This document shows positions 16,619 to 26,053 of a stretch of DNA of 50,911 nt, one piece after another. The notes beneath the pieces were generated by a model. That model made no database searches. It was not told the origin of the DNA and saw only the letters and a program-made list of their open reading frames with translations. The stretch covers positions 284,981 to 335,891 of the forward strand of contig JACKFW010000001.1 of assembly GCA_020632265.1 (NCBI GenBank), read 5' to 3'. Origin of the DNA: Pseudomonadales bacterium. GTDB taxonomy: Bacteria > Patescibacteriota > Microgenomatia > UBA1400 > PJMF01. A program made the translations under genes and the position numbers. Position 1 is the first letter of the stretch. Every line of letters begins with the position of its first letter.

Positions 16619-17269
16619 TTATTTCTTTACTATTTTAACAATTTTCTTATTTGCAGGTCTTTTTTCAACCTTATTGGTTTCCATTTTTCTGGAACTGGTT
16701 GGTTGGTCTCCCGCATTGCTAAGTTTAGCTTTTTCTTGAATTAATTTTATTTTCTCTGCCTCTTCAGCTTCAACTTGAGAAATTGATTTTAACTTAATCC
16801 CTTTGAGTTCAACGATTTTTTGAATTTGCTTGAGAGCTTCAAATGTTGCGTAAACACTAGAAGCTTGATTTTCAGAACCTAGAATTTTGCTAGAAATGTC
16901 TCTAACTCCAGCAGCTTCAACAACTGCACGAACTGGTCCGCCAGCAATAACTCCAGAGCCTTTTGGTGCTGGTTTTAACATTACAACTCCCGCACCTTTT
17001 TTAACAGTAATTGCAAAAGGAATTGTGGTGCCATCTAATGGAACGTCAATCATTTTCTTTTTAGCTTTTTTAATGCCTTTTTTAATTGCGCCAATAACGT
17101 CAGAAGCTTTGCCTAATCCAACGCCTACTCTTCCTTTTTTATCACCCACAACCATTAAAACTGAAAAACCAACATTATTACCTCCCTTTGTTTTTTTTGA
17201 AACACGAGAGATTCTGATTACTTTTTCATCAAATTCTTTTGGTTCGTTATTATTTGGATGTCTATTCAT
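16619..17269 (-). CDS. rpsE: 30S ribosomal protein S5 (C-terminal extension)
   Basis: RVSKKTKGG, VVGDKKGRVGVGLGKA, PAPKGSGVIAGG. Confidence 0.98.
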   Translation of the reverse strand: MNRHPNNNEPKEFDEKVIRISRVSKKTKGGNNVGFSVLMVVGDKKGRVGVGLGKASDVIGAIKKGIKKAKKKMIDVPLDGTTIPFAITVKKGAGVVMLKPAPKGSGVIAGGPVRAVVEAAGVRDISSKILGSENQASSVYATFEALKQIQKIVELKGIKLKSISQVEAEEAEKIKLIQEKAKLSNAGDQPTSSRKMETNKVEKRPANKKIVKIVKK

Positions 17270-17271
17270 GT

Positions 17272-17643
17272 TTATACCTTTATTCCACCATTTCTTAAAG
17301 TTTCAGCAATTGCTTTAACTCGGCCGTGATACTTGTATTGACCTCTATCAAAAACTACTGAAGCAATTTTTGCTTTTTTCATTTTGGCAATTAATTCTTC
17401 AGTTGCTTTAATAACTGATTGAGTTTTTGTTAATACTTCTGCCTTTTTCAATTCTTTTCTAATTAAAATATCACTAACAGTCATTAAAGTTTTTCCCTGA
17501 CTATCATCAATAACTTGAATGTACGAATATTTATTAGCGCGAAAAACAGAAACTCTAGGTTTTTGTGTTGTGCCAAAAATCTTTGAGCGCACTCTTTTTT
17601 TTCTATTTTCTGCTTTGGTTGTATGATGACTAATTTTTGACAT
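17272..17643 (-). CDS. rplR: 50S ribosomal protein L18
   Basis: KPRVSVFRANK, QVIDD, VVFDRGQYKYHGRVKA. Confidence 0.98.
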   Translation of the reverse strand: MSKISHHTTKAENRKKRVRSKIFGTTQKPRVSVFRANKYSYIQVIDDSQGKTLMTVSDILIRKELKKAEVLTKTQSVIKATEELIAKMKKAKIASVVFDRGQYKYHGRVKAIAETLRNGGIKV

Positions 17644-18179
17644 TATGCCGCTGCCTTTCCTTGCTTTCTTCTGACAACCTCATCTTCATATTTAATACCT
17701 TTGCCTTTGTAAGGTTCTGGTGGTCTAATTTTTCTAATATCAGCGGCCAATTGGCCTACTGCTTGCTTATCAATTCCTTCCAAATGAATTGTGTCATTTC
17801 CCTCAACTTTGATAATAACTCCAGCTAAAGCTTTTACTTCTACGGGATGAGAATATCCAACTGCTAAAGAAACTCCAGATCCTTGTGCTTTTGCTCTATA
17901 TCCTGTACCCACTAATTTTAAAGTTTTTTTATATCCATCAGTTACACCAACCACACAATTTTGAATTAAGCTTCTAATTAAACCATGAAATGATCTGGTT
18001 TGTTTTTCTTCATTTTTTCTAACTACAGTTAGCTCACTATCTTTTACTTCCACAACAATGTTAGGCAACAAATTAATCTTTAACTGACCTTTTGGACCTT
18101 TAACATCTACAACATTATTCATGACTGTAACTGTCACTCCAGCTGGCAATGTAATAGATTTTCTTCCAATTCTTGACAT
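17643..18179 (-). CDS. rplF: 50S ribosomal protein L6
   Basis: MSRIGRKSI, VKGPKGQL, GTGYRA, RPPEPYKGKGIKY. Confidence 0.98.
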   Translation of the reverse strand: MSRIGRKSITLPAGVTVTVMNNVVDVKGPKGQLKINLLPNIVVEVKDSELTVVRKNEEKQTRSFHGLIRSLIQNCVVGVTDGYKKTLKLVGTGYRAKAQGSGVSLAVGYSHPVEVKALAGVIIKVEGNDTIHLEGIDKQAVGQLAADIRKIRPPEPYKGKGIKYEDEVVRRKQGKAAA

Positions 18180-18193
18180 ATGTTTTTAACTTT

Positions 18194-18586
18194 TTACCAA
18201 ATTTGGCAAATCAGCTCTCCTCCTAAATTTGCCTTTCGAGCATCTTTATCTGTCATAATACCTTTACTAGTAGAAATTATAGTAATTCCATATCCACCCA
18301 AAGTTCTTGGTAGTTTGCTCACTGGAGCATATAATCTTCTTCCAGGCTTTGAAAGCCTTTTGACATCATTTACAGCTGGCAATTTTCCGATATATTTTAA
18401 TTTAATAACAATATAATCAAATGGCTGACTTTCCTTTATATCTACACCACTTACATAACCCTCTTTTAAAAGAATTTCTGCAATTGCCTTCTTCATTTTT
18501 GAATAAGGAACTTCAACTTTTTCATGGCGTGCCATGTGTGCGTTCTTTATTCTGATAATAATGTCTGCTATTGGATCGGTTGTCAT
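18194..18586 (-). CDS. rpsH: 30S ribosomal protein S8
   Basis: DPIADIIIRIKNA, SKPGRRLY, IISTSKGIMTD. Confidence 0.98.
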   Translation of the reverse strand: MTTDPIADIIIRIKNAHMARHEKVEVPYSKMKKAIAEILLKEGYVSGVDIKESQPFDYIVIKLKYIGKLPAVNDVKRLSKPGRRLYAPVSKLPRTLGGYGITIISTSKGIMTDKDARKANLGGELICQIW

Positions 18587-18622
18587 ACTTATTTCGCCTG
18601 CGCCCCTAAAGGCATAATACTT

Positions 18623-18853
18623 TTACTTACTAGATTTAACTACTCCAGGTAATTCTCCTTTTGAAGCTAATTCTCTAAATGTTAATCTACTTAAGCCAAA
18701 AAATCTCATATATCCTTTTGGTCTTCCGGTAAGCTTACATCGGTTAACACCTCTAGTTGATATTTTATTAGCCTTTTTAACTCCAAGCTTCTTTATAAGA
18801 TCATTTTGAGCAATTAGTTTTTTAGATTTTGCAATCTTTGATTTTTTAGCCAT
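18623..18853 (-). CDS. rpsN: 30S ribosomal protein S14, zinc-independent (C-) type, 76 aa
   Basis: [39 protein letters not shown]; only one Cys. Confidence 0.96.
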   Translation of the reverse strand: MAKKSKIAKSKKLIAQNDLIKKLGVKKANKISTRGVNRCKLTGRPKGYMRFFGLSRLTFRELASKGELPGVVKSSK

Positions 18854-18858
18854 TTAAA

Positions 18859-19410
18859 TTATTCCTTTTTCTCAAAAGGCATTCCAAATAATTCCAATAA
18901 TTTGAATGCCTTTTCATCTGATTCTGTTGAAGTAACAAATACTATCTGGAAACTTCTTATACGTTCAATTTTATCGTAATTAATTTCAGGAAAGATAATT
19001 TGTTCTTCAATTCCCATACTATAATTTCCCGCATGATCAAAAGCTGTTGCTGACACACCTCTAAAATCTTTAACGCGAGGAAGAGCAACTGAAATTAGTT
19101 TTTCTAAAAATCCCCACATCCTTTTTCCTCTGAGTGTTACCTTAACACCAAGTGGATCACCTTGTCTTAACTTAAAGTTGGCAATTGATTTATGTGCTAA
19201 AGTTACCACTGGTTTCTGACCAGTTATAACTGCAAATTGATCAACGATGTTTGCAATCACTTGTTTTCTAGCTCTTGGGTCTGTTGGATCAGAAACACCA
19301 ATATTTACAATGATTTTATTTAATTTTGGAACATTAAAATCATTTGAAATACCAAACTCTTTTTTGAGTTCTGGCACAACTTTGCTAGTATATAATTGTT
19401 TTAATTTCAT
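18859..19410 (-). CDS. rplE: 50S ribosomal protein L5
   Basis: VPKLNKIIVNIGV, ITGQKP, SIANFKLRQG, RVKDFRG. Confidence 0.98.
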   Translation of the reverse strand: MKLKQLYTSKVVPELKKEFGISNDFNVPKLNKIIVNIGVSDPTDPRARKQVIANIVDQFAVITGQKPVVTLAHKSIANFKLRQGDPLGVKVTLRGKRMWGFLEKLISVALPRVKDFRGVSATAFDHAGNYSMGIEEQIIFPEINYDKIERIRSFQIVFVTSTESDEKAFKLLELFGMPFEKKE

Positions 19411-19413
19411 CTC

Positions 19414-19749
19414 TTATTTTTTATCTACACTCTTAGGCGTATTTTCTACGATCACTTTTCCAGTTTTTTTATAAATTCTTGTTTTTGAACCATCTTTCGC
19501 AATACTATATCCTACTCTATCTGGTTGATTTTTGTCATTGAGAATAGAAACGCTGGCTGTATGAAGAGGTCTTTCTGCTTTAATTTTATCACCAGCTCTC
19601 CCACTCATTGGTTTTATATGTTTGGTATATTTATTTGCTCCCTCAACTAGAACTTTTTCTAATTTTGGATATACCTTCAAGATAACTCCAGATTTTCCTC
19701 TGTCTTTTCCTGCTGTTACTAGTACTTTGTCATTTACTTTAAATTTCAC
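19414..19749 (-). CDS. rplX: 50S ribosomal protein L24
   Basis: DKVLVTAGKDRGKSG, VLVEGAN; GTG start. Confidence 0.97.
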   Translation of the reverse strand: MKFKVNDKVLVTAGKDRGKSGVILKVYPKLEKVLVEGANKYTKHIKPMSGRAGDKIKAERPLHTASVSILNDKNQPDRVGYSIAKDGSKTRIYKKTGKVIVENTPKSVDKK

Positions 19750-19779
19750 TTTTTGCCCTTTCAGGGTATAATCTTTAAC

Positions 19780-20154
19780 CTATAAAACCTCTTGAGCTAA
19801 GCTAGCAATTTTACTAAAACCTCTATTCTTAACTTCTCTGGCAATAGGACCAAATACGCGAGTTCCAATTGGAGTTGGACTTTTTCTTGATTCGACAATC
19901 ACCGCTGCGTTATCATCAAATCTCACATATTCACCCGAATTTCTTCTTATTTCTTTTCTTGTTCTGACAATTACTGCCTTAACAAGTTCTCCTTTTTTAA
20001 TTGTTCCAGTTGCGTCTGAAGCAATAACTGATGCAGCAACTATATCACCCACATGACCAAATCTTCTTTTTGATCCTCCATGTACTTGAATAACTCGTAT
20101 TTTTTTTGCACCCGAATTATCGGTAATATGCAAAACTGATCTTAATTGAATCAT
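19780..20154 (-). CDS. rplN: 50S ribosomal protein L14
   Basis: DNSGAKK, AVIVRTRK, RFDDNAAV, GTRVFGPIARE. Confidence 0.98.
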   Translation of the reverse strand: MIQLRSVLHITDNSGAKKIRVIQVHGGSKRRFGHVGDIVAASVIASDATGTIKKGELVKAVIVRTRKEIRRNSGEYVRFDDNAAVIVESRKSPTPIGTRVFGPIAREVKNRGFSKIASLAQEVL

Positions 20155-20393
20155 TATTCATTTCCTCCAACTTTTGAAACAACAACGAATCTCTTTGTTT
20201 TACTAATAGGTCTTGATCCTTCAATAATTACCTCATCTCCTACTTTTAAGTCAATGTTTTCATAATGACATGCATAAGATTTAGTACGTTTTACCGATTT
20301 AAGGTATAAAGGATGTTGCCATAATCTAACAACACTGACTTTTGCAGTTTTATTAGATTTCAATGATTCAACAATTCCTTTAATAGATTTCAT
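20154..20393 (-). CDS. rpsQ: 30S ribosomal protein S17
   Basis: KTAKVSV, HPLYLK, GDEVIIEGSRPISKTKRF. Confidence 0.96.
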   Translation of the reverse strand: MKSIKGIVESLKSNKTAKVSVVRLWQHPLYLKSVKRTKSYACHYENIDLKVGDEVIIEGSRPISKTKRFVVVSKVGGNE

Positions 20394-20395
20394 AT

Positions 20396-20614
20396 TTATT
20401 TCTCGACTTGTAAAGCCAACTCTTTATTTTTAATTATTGTTTTAACTCTTGCCACATCATCTGCTAACAAAGCGATGTGTGTATTTTTTAATTTACCTGC
20501 TCTTTTTTCTAATCTTGATTTTGCCAATAATACTAATAACTCATCAAGCTGAATTTTAAGTTCTGCTATAGTTTTATTATGTAGTTCTTTTATATCGTTT
20601 GTTTTCATTATCAT
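20396..20614 (-). CDS. rpmC: 50S ribosomal protein L29
   Basis: KELHNKTIAEL...LKNTH..DDVARVKT; canonical position between rplP and rpsQ. Confidence 0.92.
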   Translation of the reverse strand: MIMKTNDIKELHNKTIAELKIQLDELLVLLAKSRLEKRAGKLKNTHIALLADDVARVKTIIKNKELALQVEK

Positions 20615-21015
20615 TTCTTCACAAAAGTTGTTTGTATAGAAAGCTTGTGCCCAGCTTTAATAAAAGCTGAACGAGCTATCGTTTCAGTCACACCACTAAG
20701 CTCGAATAGTATCGTTCCAGGTCTAACAACGGCAACATGTTGATCAATTGCACCTTTTCCAGATCCCATTTTTACTCCCACTGGTTTGCTAGTGATTGGC
20801 TTGTGTGGAAAAATTCTAATCCAATACTTACCATCTCTTTTAGTCATAAAAGTGATTTTTTTTCTAGCAGCTTCAATTTGCCTTGCTGACACCCAGCCTC
20901 TAGTTGTTGCCTGCAATCCAAAACTTCCGAAAGCAATTGTTGTTCCTCTTTGAGCAACCCCTCTCATCTTTCCTCTAAATTCTTTGCGGTATTTTGATTT
21001 CTTTGGTTGCAACAT
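20611..21015 (-). CDS. rplP: 50S ribosomal protein L16
   Basis: MLQPKKSKYRK, QIEAARK, WIRIFPHKP, KMGSGKG. Confidence 0.98.
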   Translation of the reverse strand: MLQPKKSKYRKEFRGKMRGVAQRGTTIAFGSFGLQATTRGWVSARQIEAARKKITFMTKRDGKYWIRIFPHKPITSKPVGVKMGSGKGAIDQHVAVVRPGTILFELSGVTETIARSAFIKAGHKLSIQTTFVKK

Positions 21016-21022
21016 ATCTAAA

Positions 21023-21673
21023 TTAAACTAATTCACCTTTATAAATCCATACCTTTATACCAACATATCCAGAACGAGTTCTTGCTGGAATCTGAAAGTA
21101 ATCAATATTAGCTCTGATTGTTTGAGTCGGTACACTTCCCTGAAAATACTTTTCAGTTCTTCCAATTTCTGCACCATTAATTCTACCTGAGAGCTGAATT
21201 TTAATTCCATTTGCTCCAGCTTGAATACTTTTTTCTAATGCTTGCATGACTGCTCTTCGATGCGGAAATCTTTTTATCAATTGTCCAACAATTCTCTCAG
21301 CAACCAATTTTGCACTCAAATCAGGTTTCTTTACTTCTTCAACTCTTAAATCAATCTTAACTTTATCTTTTTTAAGTTTAGAAACATTAAGAATTCTCTC
21401 AATCTCATTTTTAATTAATTCAAGGTTTGACCCGCCTTTTCCAATCACCACACCTGGTCTTGATACAAATAAAATTACTTTTATTGCTTTAAGTGATCTC
21501 TCGATCTCAACTTTTGTTAAACCAGCACTATTTAATTTTTCATTTAAATAACTTCTAACTTTATAGTCTTCAACTAACTTGTCAGAATAATTATTGGAAT
21601 CAGCAAACCAACGAGACTTCCAAGTAAAGGTTGAACCTATTCTAAAGCCAGTTGGATGTACTTTTTGTCCCAT
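21023..21673 (-). CDS. rpsC: 30S ribosomal protein S3
   Basis: MGQKVHPTGFRIG, RPGVVIGKGG, SGRINGAEIGR, GIKVWIYKGE. Confidence 0.98.
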   Translation of the reverse strand: MGQKVHPTGFRIGSTFTWKSRWFADSNNYSDKLVEDYKVRSYLNEKLNSAGLTKVEIERSLKAIKVILFVSRPGVVIGKGGSNLELIKNEIERILNVSKLKKDKVKIDLRVEEVKKPDLSAKLVAERIVGQLIKRFPHRRAVMQALEKSIQAGANGIKIQLSGRINGAEIGRTEKYFQGSVPTQTIRANIDYFQIPARTRSGYVGIKVWIYKGELV

Positions 21674-21759
21674 ATATTTTTATCTTTAATTAATTTCTTT
21701 ATTCTTAATTACAGACTGTGTATTATACTACTTTTTCGTCTGATTTTCTTAACTGAAAT

Positions 21760-22269
21760 TTATTTGGTTTTTTTAATTTCAGTTTTCTTTTTTTCTTTCA
21801 AATTTTTACTTTTTTTACTAACATTTTTAACTGCTGAAACTTCTTCTTTCACTTTCTTGTCAGTTTTTGTCTTTATTTGAGTCTTTTCTTCATTAACTTT
21901 TGACTTTTCTACTGCACTTTTAATGTCTTTTTTTGACTCTCCTGCTTCAATTTCGACCGTAATATGGCAAGATCTTTTGACAATATTATGAGCTCTTCCT
22001 CTACTAACTGCTCTAAATCTTTTAAGCTGTGGACCTGGAGCAACAGTAATGTTTTTAATAGTAAGCTCTTCTATTTTAAATCCATGATTATGAACAGCAT
22101 TAGAGATTGCCTGCTTGAGAACTTTCAAAACAACTAACGTTGATCTTCTCTCAATCACAGCTAACTGTTTAACTGCATCAACTAAAGGCAATTTTTTAAC
22201 AGAATTTGCTATTAATCTAACTTTTCTTGCTGTTTGTCTAGTATTTTTTTGTGTTGCTTTTATTATCAT
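21760..22269 (-). CDS. rplV: 50S ribosomal protein L22 (Lys-rich C-terminal extension)
   Basis: TARKVRLIANSV, AISNAVHN, RAVSRGRA, RSCHITV. Confidence 0.97.
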   Translation of the reverse strand: MIIKATQKNTRQTARKVRLIANSVKKLPLVDAVKQLAVIERRSTLVVLKVLKQAISNAVHNHGFKIEELTIKNITVAPGPQLKRFRAVSRGRAHNIVKRSCHITVEIEAGESKKDIKSAVEKSKVNEEKTQIKTKTDKKVKEEVSAVKNVSKKSKNLKEKKKTEIKKTK

Positions 22270-22289
22270 TTTCGTTTAAGTTTACTGGT

Positions 22290-22574
22290 TTAAGTCTTAG
22301 TTAATGTACGTTTGACAATTTTACCGTGACCTCTAAATGTTCTTGTTGGCGCAAATTCACCAAGCTTGTGTCCAACCATACTTTCATTAACAAAAACTTC
22401 TATAAAGTTTTTTCCTTGATGTACTGAAAATGTATGCCCTACAAAATCAGGAGCAATAATACATTCTCTACTCCAAGTCTTGATAGCACTTTTGTCTCCA
22501 GATGCTTTTTGAACTAAAACTTTTTTTAAAAGTTTTGGATCAATGAATGGTCCTTTTTTACTTGATCTTGACAT
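22290..22574 (-). CDS. rpsS: 30S ribosomal protein S19
   Basis: [29 protein letters not shown]. Confidence 0.98.
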   Translation of the reverse strand: MSRSSKKGPFIDPKLLKKVLVQKASGDKSAIKTWSRECIIAPDFVGHTFSVHQGKNFIEVFVNESMVGHKLGEFAPTRTFRGHGKIVKRTLTKT

Positions 22575-22601
22575 ATTAATTTTGCCCTTTAGGGTTTACT
22601 T

Positions 22602-23435
22602 TTATTTAACTCTCCTGTCTCTCAATATCCATTTATTAGTTCTGTGATTTTTCTTTCTAGTCTTTTTGCCAAGCGCATGTTTGCCCCACGGTGTTTTTGG
22701 ATATTTCATACCAACTCCAGATCTACCTTCACCACCACCATGTGGATGACTATCCGGATGTTGAGCTGTTCCACGTACTGTTGGGCGAATACCCATCAAA
22801 CGTTTTCTACCTGCTTTTCCAATTTTTCTATTTTTCCAATCTTGATTTCCAATCTGGCCAATTGTAGCGTAACACTCAATATTGATCAATCTTAACTCTT
22901 TCGAAGGCAATTGAATGGTTGCATATTTACCATCTTTGGCTTGAATAACTGCTGCTGTTCCTGCTCCTCTCACCATCTGAGCTCCTTTTCCAACTCTCAA
23001 CTCAAGATTATGAATAAACATTCCAATTGGAATATTTTTAAGAGGTAATGCATTACCAACTTTAACTTCAACGGTTGGACCCGAAACAACAAGATCATCA
23101 ACTTTTAGACCTTGTGGAGCCAATATATATCCCTTACTACCATCTTTATAATAAATAAGAGCTAAATTAGCACTTCTCATTGGATCATATTCAAATCTAA
23201 TAACAACACCTTCTACTCCATAATTCTTTCTTTTCCAATCGATGATACGCATTTTTTTCTTAACACCCGCACCTCTATGTCTAACAGTGATTCTACCTTG
23301 AAAACCTCTACCTTGTCGTTTTTTATGTCCTGAAGCTAACAATGATTTTTCTGGTTTACCTTTGTAAAGTTCAGAACGATCAGTTGTTATTTGATGTCTT
23401 CTTCCGCTAGTGGTTGGATTTTGTGTTATTAACAT
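22602..23435 (-). CDS. rplB: 50S ribosomal protein L2
   Basis: GRITVRHRGAG, EYDPMRSANLAL, RPTVRGTAQHPDSHPHGGGEG. Confidence 0.98.
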   Translation of the reverse strand: MLITQNPTTSGRRHQITTDRSELYKGKPEKSLLASGHKKRQGRGFQGRITVRHRGAGVKKKMRIIDWKRKNYGVEGVVIRFEYDPMRSANLALIYYKDGSKGYILAPQGLKVDDLVVSGPTVEVKVGNALPLKNIPIGMFIHNLELRVGKGAQMVRGAGTAAVIQAKDGKYATIQLPSKELRLINIECYATIGQIGNQDWKNRKIGKAGRKRLMGIRPTVRGTAQHPDSHPHGGGEGRSGVGMKYPKTPWGKHALGKKTRKKNHRTNKWILRDRRVK

Positions 23436-23454
23436 TTTATTTAATCAAAATTAT

Positions 23455-23751
23455 TTATTCTTCCGATATATCAAATAAATCTATTGTTTGTCCAGATTTA
23501 ATAGTTACTAATGCTTTTTTTGTTTTTCCAGTTTGAACGATCATTCTCTTTTTCCCAGTTCTCTTTTTTTCTCTTTGGGAAACAATTGTACGAATTTTTT
23601 CAACATTAACATTAAATAGTTTTTCAACAGCTTCTCTAACTTGATTCTTATTAGAAGTCATTCTGACTTGAAAAACATAAGTATTCTCGCTATTGGCGAG
23701 TCTTAAAGACTTTTCTGTAATAATAGGTTTAATAACTGTATATGGATTCAT
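23455..23751 (-). CDS. rplW: 50S ribosomal protein L23
   Basis: IKPIITEKS, YVFQV..NKNQVREAVEKLFNV, KKALVT. Confidence 0.97.
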   Translation of the reverse strand: MNPYTVIKPIITEKSLRLANSENTYVFQVRMTSNKNQVREAVEKLFNVNVEKIRTIVSQREKKRTGKKRMIVQTGKTKKALVTIKSGQTIDLFDISEE

Positions 23752-23757
23752 GTCTAA

Positions 23758-24624
23758 TTATGCCTTCTTTACTTCTTTTGCAAGAACCTTAACTTTGGGT
23801 TTAACTATTTTGGGTTTAACTACTATAGTTTTTTTAACTTTTGTGACTTTTACTTCTTTAGCTACTAATAATTTTGATTTGGTTTCTTTGGGTGCCGAAA
23901 CTATTTTACTTTTAGTTTCAACCTTTGTTTTTTCAGCAACTTTTTTGACAACTTTCTCTACTTTTTTGACAACTTTTTCAATTTTTTTGCTAGTTAGTCT
24001 TTTTTCTAAAAAGCCCACTGCGTCTTTACTAATAATAAGTGCATCAGCTGAAGCAATATTTAAAGCATTTACGAGCGAATATTCAATAACTTCAACTCTT
24101 TGAATATTTCCAAAAGCTCTTCTTACTAATTCATTATCAACACCAGTCACTATCAAAACTTTTTTATCACTTATCTTTAAACCATTGAGTAAATTTACTG
24201 CTAATTTTGTTTTTCCATTAAGATCAACTAAATTTTCTGAAACAAAAATATTAGATGCTTGCATACTCAGAGCTGAAATTAGTGCTTTTCTTTTCATTAC
24301 CTTCGATAATTTTAAAGTCCAATTTTCTAGTCCTGTAGGTCCGTGCGCAACTCCTCCACCAACAAAAATTGGAGCAGATTTTGCACCATGACGAGCATTA
24401 CCTGTACCTTTTTGTTTCCAAATTTTTCTTCTTGAGCCAGTAACTTCTCCTCGAGTTTTTACCTTACTTGTACCCTGTCTTTTATTTGACAAATAAACTC
24501 TAACTGCCTGACTTAATAAGCCATTGTTAGTAGTTACTCCAAACACCTCATCATTGACAGTAATAGTTGAAAGTTTGATTGGGCTATTTGCTGCAGTAGA
24601 TTTTATAATACTTGTAAGTTTCAT
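23758..24624 (-). CDS. rplD: 50S ribosomal protein L4 (long Lys/Val-rich C-terminal extension)
   Basis: RQGTSKVKTRGEV, WKQKGTGNARHG, PIFVGGGVAHGP. Confidence 0.97.
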   Translation of the reverse strand: MKLTSIIKSTAANSPIKLSTITVNDEVFGVTTNNGLLSQAVRVYLSNKRQGTSKVKTRGEVTGSRRKIWKQKGTGNARHGAKSAPIFVGGGVAHGPTGLENWTLKLSKVMKRKALISALSMQASNIFVSENLVDLNGKTKLAVNLLNGLKISDKKVLIVTGVDNELVRRAFGNIQRVEVIEYSLVNALNIASADALIISKDAVGFLEKRLTSKKIEKVVKKVEKVVKKVAEKTKVETKSKIVSAPKETKSKLLVAKEVKVTKVKKTIVVKPKIVKPKVKVLAKEVKKA

Positions 24625-24626
24625 GA

Positions 24627-25421
24627 TTATGCCTCAATGTCCTCTTTTGGTGTTTCTTCATCTAAAACAACTTCATTTTGAGGAATTTCTTTAACCTCAA
24701 TATTTGATGCTTTATAATCAATTTCAATATTTTTCTTTTTACCCATTTTAGTAATTTTAACTCCAGACATTAAAGATCCTGGAATTGGACCACTTAGCCA
24801 AATCTCACCATTTTCATGATCAATGTGTAAGACAACTAAGCCGGTTACTGATTTTGTTTCAACGCCATAATGTCCCGGCATTTTCTTTCCCTTCCAAACT
24901 CTTCCTGGAGTGGTACCTGCACCGATTGAACCAACAGCACGGGATCTATCTGACTGTCCATGAGTTTTTGGACCTCCATGGAATCCATGTCGTTTCATTG
25001 CTCCAGCAAATCCTCGACCTTTTGAAATACCTTGAGCCTTAACAACATCACCAACTTCTAAAACTTGATCGATAGTAATGTTATCGCCAACTTTAATTTC
25101 AGTTTCCGTTGATGGTTTAAATTTATCATCGCAAACTCTCACCCCTTTGATGGATTTAATTCCAAAAGAAAAACCACCCTTTTCCATTTTGGTTTTGAGT
25201 GGTTTAGTCATGTTTTTCAATTTTTTCTTACCAAATCCGATTTCTAAAATTGAACATGTGTTTGTTTGTCTTGATTTTGAATTTTTATCGAGAACCTCTA
25301 CGTCCTGTTTACCAATTACTGGCATGTTTGAAACCTTACAAAGAGTGACAGCAAAACGCTTACCTGATGTGGACCAAGCTTGTGTCATTCCGGATTTGGT
25401 GGCAAAAATGTCTAATATCAT
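24627..25421 (-). CDS. rplC: 50S ribosomal protein L3
   Basis: KSGMTQ, SKGRGFAGAMKRHGF, PGRVWKGKKMPGHYG. Confidence 0.97.
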   Translation of the reverse strand: MILDIFATKSGMTQAWSTSGKRFAVTLCKVSNMPVIGKQDVEVLDKNSKSRQTNTCSILEIGFGKKKLKNMTKPLKTKMEKGGFSFGIKSIKGVRVCDDKFKPSTETEIKVGDNITIDQVLEVGDVVKAQGISKGRGFAGAMKRHGFHGGPKTHGQSDRSRAVGSIGAGTTPGRVWKGKKMPGHYGVETKSVTGLVVLHIDHENGEIWLSGPIPGSLMSGVKITKMGKKKNIEIDYKASNIEVKEIPQNEVVLDEETPKEDIEA

Positions 25422-25540
25422 ACCAATAAAATCTATTCAAATTAATTATTCTATTTAATTTAAGGTTGCAGCAACTTAAATTTTGCAACTTTACTCCTTT
25501 ATATATCTAAAATTCAATGATTTTAGAAGTTATTTTACAA

Positions 25541-25873
25541 CTACATTTTAATCTGTATCGAAACTCCAGCAGGGAGCTCCAAATGCATCAATGAATCAAT
25601 AGTTTTGCTGGTTGGATTGATGATATCAATCAACCTCTTATGAGTCTTAATATGGTAATGCTCTTGAGCATTTTTATCACTATGAGGTGATACTAAAACT
25701 GCAAATTCTCTTTTATGAGTAGGTAGTGGCACTGGACCTACAACCTTTGCGCCCGTAGAAAGAGCAGTCTCTAAAATCTTTTGACTAGCACTATCAATTA
25801 CTCGATGATCGTAAGACTTTAATCTTACACGAATTTTATATCCAGCTCTAGTTTTTTGATCTTGTTTAGCCAT
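25541..25873 (-). CDS. rpsJ: 30S ribosomal protein S10
   Basis: [33 protein letters not shown]. Confidence 0.98.
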   Translation of the reverse strand: MAKQDQKTRAGYKIRVRLKSYDHRVIDSASQKILETALSTGAKVVGPVPLPTHKREFAVLVSPHSDKNAQEHYHIKTHKRLIDIINPTSKTIDSLMHLELPAGVSIQIKM

Positions 25874-25936
25874 TTTAAAACTACTTAATTAATTACCTTC
25901 TAAATTATGGTCTTATTGAATAAACCATAGGACGAG

Positions 25937-25965
25937 ATTATACATAAAATTCCTCAAGAAGTAAA
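25937..25965 (-). promoter_or_regulatory. Putative S10-operon promoter
   Basis: Minus strand: TTTACT, 17 nt, TATAAT, downstream of the tuf terminator. Confidence 0.6.
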
Positions 25966-26053
25966 CCCCAATCTCTTTTTTGTATTTTTTAACACATTAA
26001 TACATTAATTTTCAGATTTATTACATTAATTTATTAAAAAACCCCTAAAAACT

